Assembly (NCBI GenBank): GCA_900128395.1
Contig: LT649338.1
Location: forward strand, 1-36,308
Source: Stramenopiles sp. TOSAG23-2
Taxonomy: Eukaryota
DNA length: 36,308 nt
Direction of reading: 5' to 3'
Shown: piece after piece, positions 23,828 to 34,000 of the stretch
Layout: each line of letters starts with the position of its first letter
Position numbering within the stretch: position 1 is the stretch's first letter
Made by a program: the position numbers and the translations under genes
The notes under the pieces: generated by a model
Database searches by the model: none
The model's input: the letters and a program-made list of their open reading frames with translations, nothing else
What the model was told of the DNA's origin: nothing

Positions 23828-26059
23828 ATGGAAACATTATCACCACGTTCGTTGTTTGCTGCATTGGATACCTTTCATGAGGAAACGGTGAAACGACGTC
23901 CAGGCGGAGGAAGAAGAAGAAGAAGGCCACAATCAGCATCTGCGCCGTCTTTAGGTTATCATGATAGTTTATTTGAAGAGTTAGATGAGGTGAAAAATAA
24001 AGCAAAGAAATACAAAGGAAATAAATATAATAAACCATTACGAAAGTCAAAAAGTTTACGATGCGCTACTGCAAATAAAAATAGATCATTGCCATGGGGT
24101 AGTAGTGATGGTGAATTAGCATGGAGAGGTTTTGAGGAAGCAGCAAGTACAATAGATAAAGATATAAATAGAGTTAGATCGTTAACATCAGAAGGGAAAC
24201 GACGTGTAAAATATCATAATAGAACACAAGCAGTACGTAATAAACGTTTAGTTAAAGAAAAAAAAAAGTTACGAGCTATTGCTAAACGTAGAAAATTAGA
24301 GTTAGAAGAAGCTGCTAGAGATGCATTGTTTGAAACAACTGGCGTAAGACCATCACCAAATGAAACTGGTGGTTTAGATGGAAAAGAATTAAAAAATTGG
24401 AAACAATATATGGATTTACATTGTAGAATAATTAAAACGGCAAAACCAACTATGAAAAGTCGGCTGCCAAAGTTTGTTGAACATCGTAGAAAAGATTTAA
24501 AGAAGAAACGATTAGCTAAACGAGTTGGGAGGACATTAAATGATGGTGATTTGGGTGGACCAAAATTATTATGGTGGAGAAAACAACGTGCATTACATGA
24601 TAGAGTTGTTGGTGGTGCAACTGCTAGAGTTTCGCAAGAATTGCCAAAGCATGTAAAAGAAGAAATAGAAATAAAGGAAGAAAAATTGAAAAAAAAATAT
24701 GCAAATTGGAAGTTAGAAAATGGTGGATTAGTAGGCTCAGCAAAAATCCATTGGGATCATATGCGAGAATTACATGAACGAGTTGTTGGAGATGCAAAAT
24801 CATCCGTCTCGACAAAGTTACCAAAACACGTTAGAGAATATAGAGAATATTTAAAAACACAACAAGGTGCACGTAATAATGAAACGTTACATGGAAAAAT
24901 AATGCGTGAAATGCATGAAAAAGTTATCGCAGGTGCAAAGAATATAGTACATTCAAAATTACCAAAACATGTAGAAAATCTAAGAGATATTAAAAGAAAA
25001 AAACATAATGATAAATTTAAAAACTTTAATCCAAATGATGGTGGGTTAGAAGGAAAAGCGCGTTTACATTGGCGTATAATGAAAAAGCAACAAAAAGAAT
25101 TATTAGATCATGTTTCCCCTAAAATACACCAAGAATTGCCAAAACATGTGAGAGAAAGAGGAAAAGAATTAGAAAGAAGGCGAAAAATGAAATATGAAAA
25201 CTGGAGATTAGAGGATGGTGGGTTAGAAGGTACGGCTAAATTACATTGGCGAATTATGCGTCAATTGCATGATGAAATTGTTGGTACTGCAAGTAAATCT
25301 GTCAGTATGAAGTTAGATAAACATGTTGAACATTACAGGGATTATTTAAAAAAAAGAAGCAAAGAAAAATTCAATAATCCAGATAATGCTGGGTTAACTG
25401 GCAAAGAGTTGAAACATTGGCAAATATTATTAGAAACTCATAATAAAGTTGTTGGTGGTGCGGAAGTGCAAACAGAAACAACGTTGCCGCAACATGTAAA
25501 ACGTTTAAGAAAGTTAAAACATACTAAATTAAAAAGGAAAATAGAAAATAGAACGCCAGAAGATGGAGGATTAGAAGGGAAAGAATTAGCACATTGGAAT
25601 GTCATGAAAGAATTGCATGAGCATATTGTCAATAAAGCTGCCCCAGCAGTTGATACTAAACATGAAAAACATGTTATTAGATATGCAAATCATGTAAAAG
25701 CAAAATCAAAGAAGAAATTTGCTGAAATGCATATAGATGATGGATTATTAGAGGGTCGTGAACGAGATTGGTGGAGAAAACAAAGAGAAGTTCATGAAGG
25801 TATAGTTGGAAGGGCAAAATCTTCAGTCGATAATTGGTATGGCGGAAAGCCAGATCAAAGAGATAAAAATGAATTGAGAGTATTTCCACGTCGTGTTGAA
25901 AGTAACGAGACGAAATTAGAGAAAAAGCGTGAGGAGCGTAAGATAACACAGGCGGTAAATGCACAAAATGTTGTAGAAGCATTAAAAATTGTTGAAGAAT
26001 ACAAAGCGCAAGGTTTAATAGAAGAAGCAAAATTGACACCACGAAGTAAAACTATGTAA
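23828..26059 (+). CDS. Basic protein with nine ~57-59-aa tandem repeats, possibly axonemal (CFAP97-like motif)
   Basis: Repeat consensus DGGLEG..L.HW..M.ELH..IVG.A...V...LPKHV; first ATG at 23828. Confidence 0.75.
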   Translation: METLSPRSLFAALDTFHEETVKRRPGGGRRRRRPQSASAPSLGYHDSLFEELDEVKNKAKKYKGNKYNKPLRKSKSLRCATANKNRSLPWGSSDGELAWRGFEEAASTIDKDINRVRSLTSEGKRRVKYHNRTQAVRNKRLVKEKKKLRAIAKRRKLELEEAARDALFETTGVRPSPNETGGLDGKELKNWKQYMDLHCRIIKTAKPTMKSRLPKFVEHRRKDLKKKRLAKRVGRTLNDGDLGGPKLLWWRKQRALHDRVVGGATARVSQELPKHVKEEIEIKEEKLKKKYANWKLENGGLVGSAKIHWDHMRELHERVVGDAKSSVSTKLPKHVREYREYLKTQQGARNNETLHGKIMREMHEKVIAGAKNIVHSKLPKHVENLRDIKRKKHNDKFKNFNPNDGGLEGKARLHWRIMKKQQKELLDHVSPKIHQELPKHVRERGKELERRRKMKYENWRLEDGGLEGTAKLHWRIMRQLHDEIVGTASKSVSMKLDKHVEHYRDYLKKRSKEKFNNPDNAGLTGKELKHWQILLETHNKVVGGAEVQTETTLPQHVKRLRKLKHTKLKRKIENRTPEDGGLEGKELAHWNVMKELHEHIVNKAAPAVDTKHEKHVIRYANHVKAKSKKKFAEMHIDDGLLEGRERDWWRKQREVHEGIVGRAKSSVDNWYGGKPDQRDKNELRVFPRRVESNETKLEKKREERKITQAVNAQNVVEALKIVEEYKAQGLIEEAKLTPRSKTM

Positions 26060-26678
26060 AAACTAAAAAAGTATTGTCATACGATTCGTATCAGGGTATA
26101 AAATCATATACGAGCGAACAAGATACTTTTCAAAATGAAACCAAAATGTGTAAAAATATATAATTTAAATTTAATGATATAAAAAATTCTCTTATTTATA
26201 ATTTATATATATATAAAGATTTTATTTTACTCATAATGTTATATTCACTATGATATAAAAAATTCTCTTATTCATAATTTAAAGATTTTATTTACTCATA
26301 TTGTATATATATATGTATGTAATTACTAGAAATAATAATTAAATGAGAGATATAACTAAACCGGAAAGACCTGTGAAAGAATTACTTATATTGTTTAGAT
26401 CCAGGGGAAGCAAGAGCTGTGCCTGGAGGTCGTGATTGTTTTTGTTTCTTGTTGACTTGACGTCGTAGCATTTTAACTCGCGCTCCTATACTCTGTGAAC
26501 CTGAATTGTCCTTAGTGGCTAAATTTCACTATGATATATATGTGTAGTTACCAGAAATAATTAATACGAAGATTCGAAGATTCGTACTATGTGTAAATAT
26601 ATATATATATATATGATAGTATTATTAAAATATATTAATATATATACACACAATTATTTACACGACGCACACGTCGTT

Positions 26679-28322
26679 TTACCTTGCTGTATGTCTACAT
26701 ACGGGGCAATTTAACTTCACTTCTTCATTTGAAAATGCATTATTTTTTTTACTTGTAAACCATTCCTCAATACAACATTCATGAAAAACATGTCCACATG
26801 GTAAGCATTTTATTTGCTCTTGTGCAACTGTGGAATTTATATCAATATTATCCAGACAAATGACACAATTGATATTAGAAGTATTCGAATCACTGGTATC
26901 TTTTTTGCTATTTGGTGTGTCTTCTTCTACATTTGTTTTCAAATTGTTATTATTGTTATTATTGTATTGTTTCTTTTCATTATGTGAAATAACATGGGTC
27001 TCCATATTTTTTAAATTATGATTTACATGATATTTACTCTTATTATTTTTCATGCGATGATTACTACCACCACTATTTCTCCTACTATTATTATTATCAT
27101 CCTGCATAGTATTAATTGGATTTCTATTAGGATTTCTATTAGGAACAACATTACGTTCATTAATATTATTATTGTTATTGTTGTTATTAATAAAACGACC
27201 AGCTCGGGGCAATCTATTTTGTTGTTCTTCATCCAACAACCGTTGTCGATTTGCATCAATATTTCTTCCAGCCAAAAGTCTTGAAATTCGAGTCGATCTT
27301 CTAATACTAATTAATCGTGCATTATTATTATTACCATTTACTGCTTGATTTGCATTGCCATCCAGTAAATTACTATAATTATTATCATTTTCTTCGAATT
27401 CCACCAAATCACTAACAAATTTAACCCACACGTACCATTTAATAACACATATTAAACATATGAATATAGAGCTAATCATTAATAATAACAAGGATATATT
27501 TGGGGTGTCTGTGGATAAAAATTTTATATTAATTGATACCTTACAGTTTTGATGCAAAACTTTGCAATAATCTTTTGCTAATGTTATTGAATCTACTTTA
27601 TCCCCATATATACTTTCTAAATGTTTTCTTGTAGTTACGGAAATAATATCATCACAATCTGGTTGTTTGCTTTCAATCTCCGTTGTTAATGATACTATAA
27701 ATGAACATAATAATAGTAAGAATTTTGGAAAATAATTTCCACGTAAAATTGAAATTGTAGGATACGCAAATAAAGGCTCTGGCAAGTCAAAAGGTCTATT
27801 ATTATTATTATTCCTTTTTTTGAAACAAGAATTATACCCACAACAACAAAGACTGTATGGGAATTCCATATTTAGCAACGTTATTATATTAAGTCCCAAT
27901 GTAATTCCTAATAAAATGTTATAACCATTGTAATTTGGTACTGCTGTAAAAGCAAGTGACGTTTTTTTAGTTTTTGCAATATAATCTATTAAATCTAACG
28001 TTTTTTTTATATCAGCCGGATTTTTCTGGTCTTTTATACAGGATTCTAATTCATGAGACAATGGTGATACCAACTCTACATCCACTTGTTTAGCACGTTC
28101 CATAGATGTAGGTTTGTAAATTTGAAGAGCTATTAAAAACAGAATTAATCCAATAGCATTGCATATAAAAAATGTTTGAAACAATGTATTCCATTTATGT
28201 TTATTACCGTGGTTATTATTATTATTATTATTTGATGACAAAGGACGACGTGACGACGGTGATGATGGTTGCGATGATTGTTGACGACGAGCATTACTTC
28301 TATAATTATTTGTCGACAGCAT
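26679..28322 (-). CDS. Multi-pass membrane RING-H2 E3 ubiquitin ligase
   Basis: C-terminal CVICLD...LPCGHVFHECCIEEW...CPVCR; about four hydrophobic segments N-terminally. Confidence 0.88.
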   Translation of the reverse strand: MLSTNNYRSNARRQQSSQPSSPSSRRPLSSNNNNNNNHGNKHKWNTLFQTFFICNAIGLILFLIALQIYKPTSMERAKQVDVELVSPLSHELESCIKDQKNPADIKKTLDLIDYIAKTKKTSLAFTAVPNYNGYNILLGITLGLNIITLLNMEFPYSLCCCGYNSCFKKRNNNNNRPFDLPEPLFAYPTISILRGNYFPKFLLLLCSFIVSLTTEIESKQPDCDDIISVTTRKHLESIYGDKVDSITLAKDYCKVLHQNCKVSINIKFLSTDTPNISLLLLMISSIFICLICVIKWYVWVKFVSDLVEFEENDNNYSNLLDGNANQAVNGNNNNARLISIRRSTRISRLLAGRNIDANRQRLLDEEQQNRLPRAGRFINNNNNNNNINERNVVPNRNPNRNPINTMQDDNNNSRRNSGGSNHRMKNNKSKYHVNHNLKNMETHVISHNEKKQYNNNNNNNLKTNVEEDTPNSKKDTSDSNTSNINCVICLDNIDINSTVAQEQIKCLPCGHVFHECCIEEWFTSKKNNAFSNEEVKLNCPVCRHTAR

Positions 28323-28486
28323 TGCTCTTTGTTGTTTTTTTTTGTCTTTTTTACAATTCTACTGTATCCTAGGTTTTTGTTCTAATCTCTACGACCGTAC
28401 AACTTTCCAAATTTGGAAAACCTTTTAGTTGGTGCGTTGAAAATATTTTTAGTAGTTCGAATTCTAAAAGAAGAAGTCCAGAGAAG

Positions 28487-29455
28487 TCAAAAAGAAAAGA
28501 GGTGACTCTTAATGGTAAGCCCATGTAATTTCCATACGCCAAAAACTTGGCCGGTAAAATACCTTATTTTATGTTAAAATACATAGACACAGCATTAGTC
28601 TCATGTAAATAGGCTGGATTAAACAGAAAAGCCATTCCGTATAACAATACACAAAGAAATATTTGTAATGGATGATTGTACATCAAAACTTAGCGGTCTA
28701 TCTCCTCCGAGACGCGATACGAATGATCCCTGAACTTTTAGTATGTTTAATAAAACATATTTACTTGTGTACTAAAAGAACTCCTGAAGAGAAATATTAA
28801 TTTTTAATATATTTTGTATGTGTGTTCATGTCTAATGTTGTTCATGATTTTCACAATTTTAGGGCTGTGTCTATATATATTGGGTATATTTTTTGAGATA
28901 TATTTTGATAGGAATATTATGTACTTGAGTCAATAGACACTACGACACAGAGGACTAAATCGTGCATTTGAGCTGAACTTCTAAAAAATCAAGAATTTCA
29001 ATATCATTTTAGTAGTGTCTATTGACTCAAGTACATAATATTCCTATCAAAATATATCTCAAAAAATATACCCAATATATATAGACACAGCCCTAAAATT
29101 GTGAAAATCATGAACAACATTAGACATGAACACACATACAAAATATATTAAAAATTAATATTTCTCTTCAGGAGTTCTTTTAGTACACAAGTAAATATGT
29201 TTTATTAAACATACTAAAAGTTCAGGGATCATTCGTATCGCGTCTCGGAGGAGATAGACCGCTAAGTTTTGATGTACAATCATCCATTACAAATATTTCT
29301 TTGTGTATTGTTATACGGAATGGCTTTTCTGTTAAATCCAGCCTATTTGCATGAGACTAATGCTGTGTCTATGTATTTTAATATAAAATAAGGTATTTTA
29401 CAGAACAGGTTTTTGGCGTATATGTGCCTGTTAGTGTCACCTCTTTTCTTTTTGA
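28487..29455. mobile_element. Long inverted-repeat (foldback/MITE-like) element; core arms 28554-28943 and 29012-29401, 68-bp spacer
   Basis: 390-bp arms are reverse complements with 3 mismatches seen; further paired blocks ATACGCCAAAAAC and a perfect 20-bp pair at 28487-28506 / 29436-29455. No TSD found, so the mobile-element status is inferred while the IR itself is certain. Confidence 0.6.
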
Positions 29456-29753
29456 GATTATTATACAGAACGCACTTACCTAGTAAATTACCTGATGATA
29501 TTAATACCTGTAGATTAAATTTCAATTAAAAATAGTAGACGAGAGACTCAACTCGAGAAAAAAGGTTGAGAGGATCCGACGCAGACTAATAAGACTCAAC
29601 TAAATATTATAACACAACACCAAGCATAAATGGCATCATGTCCCCAGATCTATTTTAAAAAGAAAATAAAACAAAGAAAAACAAATTCAATAATATCTCT
29701 CGTATACAACAAAAAGATAGAAACAATATATTTTAACGCCAAACATAAGTTTC

Positions 29754-30734
29754 ATGTCAAGATCTATTATAACAAAAAAAAATATCTTACATAATAATAT
29801 TAATTATCATAAAATAAAAGGAGTATTTGCTGGTAGTGGTTCAGATGCTTTGAACAATCCTGAAATTTGTGAAAGGGTTATTCAATTAACAAATAAAAAA
29901 GCAGAAGATATCAATTTACTTTACATTGGTACGGCAACTTATGATTCAGAACAAGCTATGACTAAGCAAACTATTTGCTTTCAAGATAGTGGGGTTAATA
30001 TAATACCTTTTGAATGTACACTAAAAACTCCGACAGAAAATGAAATTATTGATGTAACGTCAAAAGCAGATATCATTTTAGTTAGTGGTGGAAATACATT
30101 ATATGCTTGTGACAGATGGAAGTCGCTAAATTTGCAAGCACATTTAGCCAGTGCAGCAATTAGGGGATGCGTTTTGACTGGTGGTAGTGCTGGTGCTATT
30201 TGTTGGTTTACAGCGGGGCATTCTGATAGTATGGATCCTCAGACTTATAGAAAAGATAATATTCCTGATTCAGATAAAGGAGATACGACGTGGGAATATA
30301 TTCGTGTACCTTGCCTTAATTTTATCCCTGGCTTGTGTTGTCCTCATTATGATAAAATTCAATCAAATAATATACATCGTGCTATTGATTTTGAAAATAT
30401 GATGAGACGCCATTCAAATGAACGTGGGATTTGTATAGATCATTGGGCTTCAATTGTCATCCCAGGAGATGGCACATTTGAAATATTTTCCCCTAAAGAC
30501 AAAGTTGGTTCTGTAAATTTAGAAACCAAAACATTTGATCAGGATAGAAATGGTGTTCCAGGGGTTTGGATAAAAGATGTTGTAAATAAAGAAGATGTTA
30601 AAACCGAATTAATTGGGACACATGGGGCAAAAGGTTCTATTGAATATTTATTTCGTGGGACCATTGATAATAGTGATGTTATTGAAGATCCTAGGATAAA
30701 TAAAGCCAGGACAGAGAATTCAATAACGTTTTGA
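29754..30734 (+). CDS. Peptidase S51 family (dipeptidase E-like, class I GATase-like fold)
   Basis: LYIGTA, ADIILVSGGNT, nucleophile elbow GGSAGA, CPHYD. Confidence 0.88.
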   Translation: MSRSIITKKNILHNNINYHKIKGVFAGSGSDALNNPEICERVIQLTNKKAEDINLLYIGTATYDSEQAMTKQTICFQDSGVNIIPFECTLKTPTENEIIDVTSKADIILVSGGNTLYACDRWKSLNLQAHLASAAIRGCVLTGGSAGAICWFTAGHSDSMDPQTYRKDNIPDSDKGDTTWEYIRVPCLNFIPGLCCPHYDKIQSNNIHRAIDFENMMRRHSNERGICIDHWASIVIPGDGTFEIFSPKDKVGSVNLETKTFDQDRNGVPGVWIKDVVNKEDVKTELIGTHGAKGSIEYLFRGTIDNSDVIEDPRINKARTENSITF

Positions 30735-31097
30735 TAAAATTTTGAGTATGATACTTCGTACGATATTTTTAATATATTTAATTTAATTTACGCATAATTT
30801 ATTTTTAATTTACTTAATATAAAAATAAATATACGACGAGTACGAGTAGTTGATACCACATCTATTTACCTTCATTGGTTTTCTCTATTATGGGAATATC
30901 AACACACTAGTGTGAGATAGATTATTTCAGTTATTGTATTCTTTTGAAGAGTAGGAATTATCATTTTTGAGTAAATTAAAACAATAAATTAAATGCGTAA
31001 ATTAAATTAATATATGCATATCAAAATATGTACCATAAAATTTTTGAGTATCATACTTCGTATGATATTTAATATGATATCAAAATATGTGTATACC

Positions 31098-34000
31098 CTA
31101 AAATTTTTTATAAGACATTTCCTTTGCACGTTGTGCTAGCCTTCTGCCCCTCTCAGTCTCTCTTGCACTCCCAGCAACTTTGTTCCTCTTCAATTTCTCT
31201 CTTATGGTATTATTCCAATCATTGATATTTCTCTTTTGATATGGTGGTTTGAATTTTGTTTTTCTTGTACGAGGAATTTCTCTTTTACCAAATTTATAAT
31301 TTCTTTCCTCATTTGACATGCCACGTAAAAGATTAGAGCGTTTCAATTTTAACGCTCGTAATAACGATTCATATTCTATACGACCATCATCGCGTCTATT
31401 CATTGCTCTAATCAAAGACTTTTTTTGATTTTTATTTAGACGTAAATCTAAATTTTCGATTGCTTGTTCAAATTGACTGGAATATATCAAACCATCGCCT
31501 TTGCGATCGTAACGACGAAATGCTACACGAACATTCTCAATTAATCTCCCAAAAAGTCCTTTTTGTTTATGTATAACACCGGCAATAATTTCCAACAATC
31601 TATCTTTTGCAACTTCGTCAAAATTCTCTATTTCATTATCATCCGTGGCTATTGGTGGTGGTGGAGGAGGAGGTATAAAAGTACCATTACTATTAACTGC
31701 TGTAGAATTTTGCCGTATTTGCCCTGAAACATCATCAAAATCATTACCAATATAATTATCATCATATGCATCATTTGTTCCCATCTCTTCAATTGTTGTT
31801 GTACTATCTTCCATTGACATTGCTTCTGGGGGTGGTATTAAAGGGGTTGAATTATCTTTTTTTGCTGGACCATCTTGTTGGTTATTCCTATTATCGCTGC
31901 GATTATACTCTTTTGTAACATTTACCTTTTGAAAAGATGTATCACTAATTGGCGTTCTAGCCTCTACTGAATTGTCAAAATTCATAACATCGTTTCTCTT
32001 ATTGCGCTTATTATTATTACTATCGACTTGAATATTTTTGTTTTTCTCCGATATTGATTTAAGACGTTTTTCGATATCCGACATAGAAGATGATTCTGCA
32101 AGATCATGAATAGTAGTTGTATCCGAATCTTGTTTGTGGCTATTATCGTTGTTATTTATTTCGTCGTTATTTTTCTGTTCTTCTGCCTTATTTTTCTCTT
32201 CGTTGTTTTTACTTTCTAAAAGTTTCATACGAGCATGTTTGGGCAATAATCGTATCATGGCGGGTGTCAATTTTAAATGATAACTGTCTTTCCGTTTTTG
32301 TTTCTTTCCATTATTACTGTTTCTATTGTTTATTGCAATATTTGTTTTAGCCAAATTGTCTCTTCGCGTCGTAAAGTAACCATCTTCTAATTCTTCTTCT
32401 GAAACGTCGTCATCCGTACTCATTAATCTCCTACTTGAAGGACTTGATTTTGAAGTGTAATTATTACGTTTTATTGGGAAATTGATGCGTTTAATTTTAT
32501 TTGTCCTATTGTTTTTAAAACTTAAATTTCTAAATAGTTGTTTTGTACTTTTTGATTCCTTAATATATGCCAATAGATCGCCACGGTTGTTATTAAGATG
32601 ATCATTTGCTTTTTTCGCCTTTTCATAATCTCTGCGATTTTTTACAACTAGCCTTGTTTCTTCGCGATCTATTGCCCTGCTGGCATCATTTACTTTTTCA
32701 ACAGCAAACACAACTGATGCATAAATTGCAGCAGGTTCATCGTGCGAATCGCTGAGCTTCATTTCTGCACTTTGAATTGCCGCTTCCGCAGATTGTAACG
32801 CATCTATTACAACATGTTTATCTGCAAATATATCTTGCACAATTTTTATCTGGCTGCGTGCTTTCAATGCGCTTAATTTTTGCATCGCATAGTCAAATTT
32901 TGAAAGCGCATCTTCTATGTACCTCTTATCTTTTACTATTTTACTTTCCAAAATACCTTTTTCAATTGCTATCTTTGCCTCTCTGTGAGCTGTTTTCTTC
33001 GCTAGTTCAGTTAACGATAATGCTGATTTTACATTTGCATCCACTAGTTCTACAGGAATATACTCTGAAACATCTTCGAAGCCAAGAGAAAACTCAAAAT
33101 TTTCCATTTTGCATGAATCCTGTGCTTTTTCCAATGCCTCTTTTGCCGTTCTCATTGCAACACGGACGACATCCTCGTCATTTACTTCGTTCTTTTCTAA
33201 ATAACGTTCACAGTCATCAAATGTCTGTAATGCGCCTAATAAGCGTGCGTAATGCAATTGCTTTTTCCTCTTATTCATCATATATTTAGATTTTTCGACT
33301 TTGACATGTTTCACCGTTTCCTCTAAATGATCTACCATTTGTTTTGTTGCTTGTGTAGCTGTTATAGCCAAGGTTGGATCTCCACTTAAAAGTTGAGTCT
33401 GTGCATTTGCAACCGCTCTTTTTGCAGTTTTCAATCGTTCTTGGATCACTGGCACATTACTGATGCCTTGCAACTCAATTAAGCCTTGAATATTTGCAAG
33501 TTGAGCTGTTGCTGGGTCAAGCATCAAAGCTGCTTTTTCCCGAAGCTTTGCACTATCTTCCTCTCTTTTCCTGAGTTCTTTTGCTTCCACTTCCTCTTTT
33601 CGCCTTTCTTCCATTTTTCGTTGTCTTGTCAATCTCTGAGCCTCCTTTTTTGATTGAACTTCTTGTGTCACTAATGTTTCATATGATGTTACCGCGAGAC
33701 TGGATTCCCTTATTAGATCTCGATAATGATCTGATGACCTTACAACTTTAAAAGAACTAGTATATTCATCATCCATGTCATCATTCACATCTGCTAAAAA
33801 GAAATCCGTTGCTTTTTTCAAGGTTGCCTTTGCATGTTTTTTTGCATTAACAACAGACTCTTCAGTTTCCACATCTCCAACTTGAGCGCGAATTTCTGCA
33901 TTGCTAAGCATTTGCTTCAAGTCTGACAACGTCTGCATTGCTTTTTTTAAGTCTGATTTAGCTTTTGATAAGCGCTGCAATTCCAAACGTACGACCTCAT

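Noticed and set aside
28425-28466. tRNA or Pol III promoter-like TAGTTGGT...GTTCGAATT
   Set aside because: No cloverleaf, poor T-stem and A-box
29343-29525. ORF overlapping the right arm of the foldback
   Set aside because: Short, non-ATG start, no transposase features
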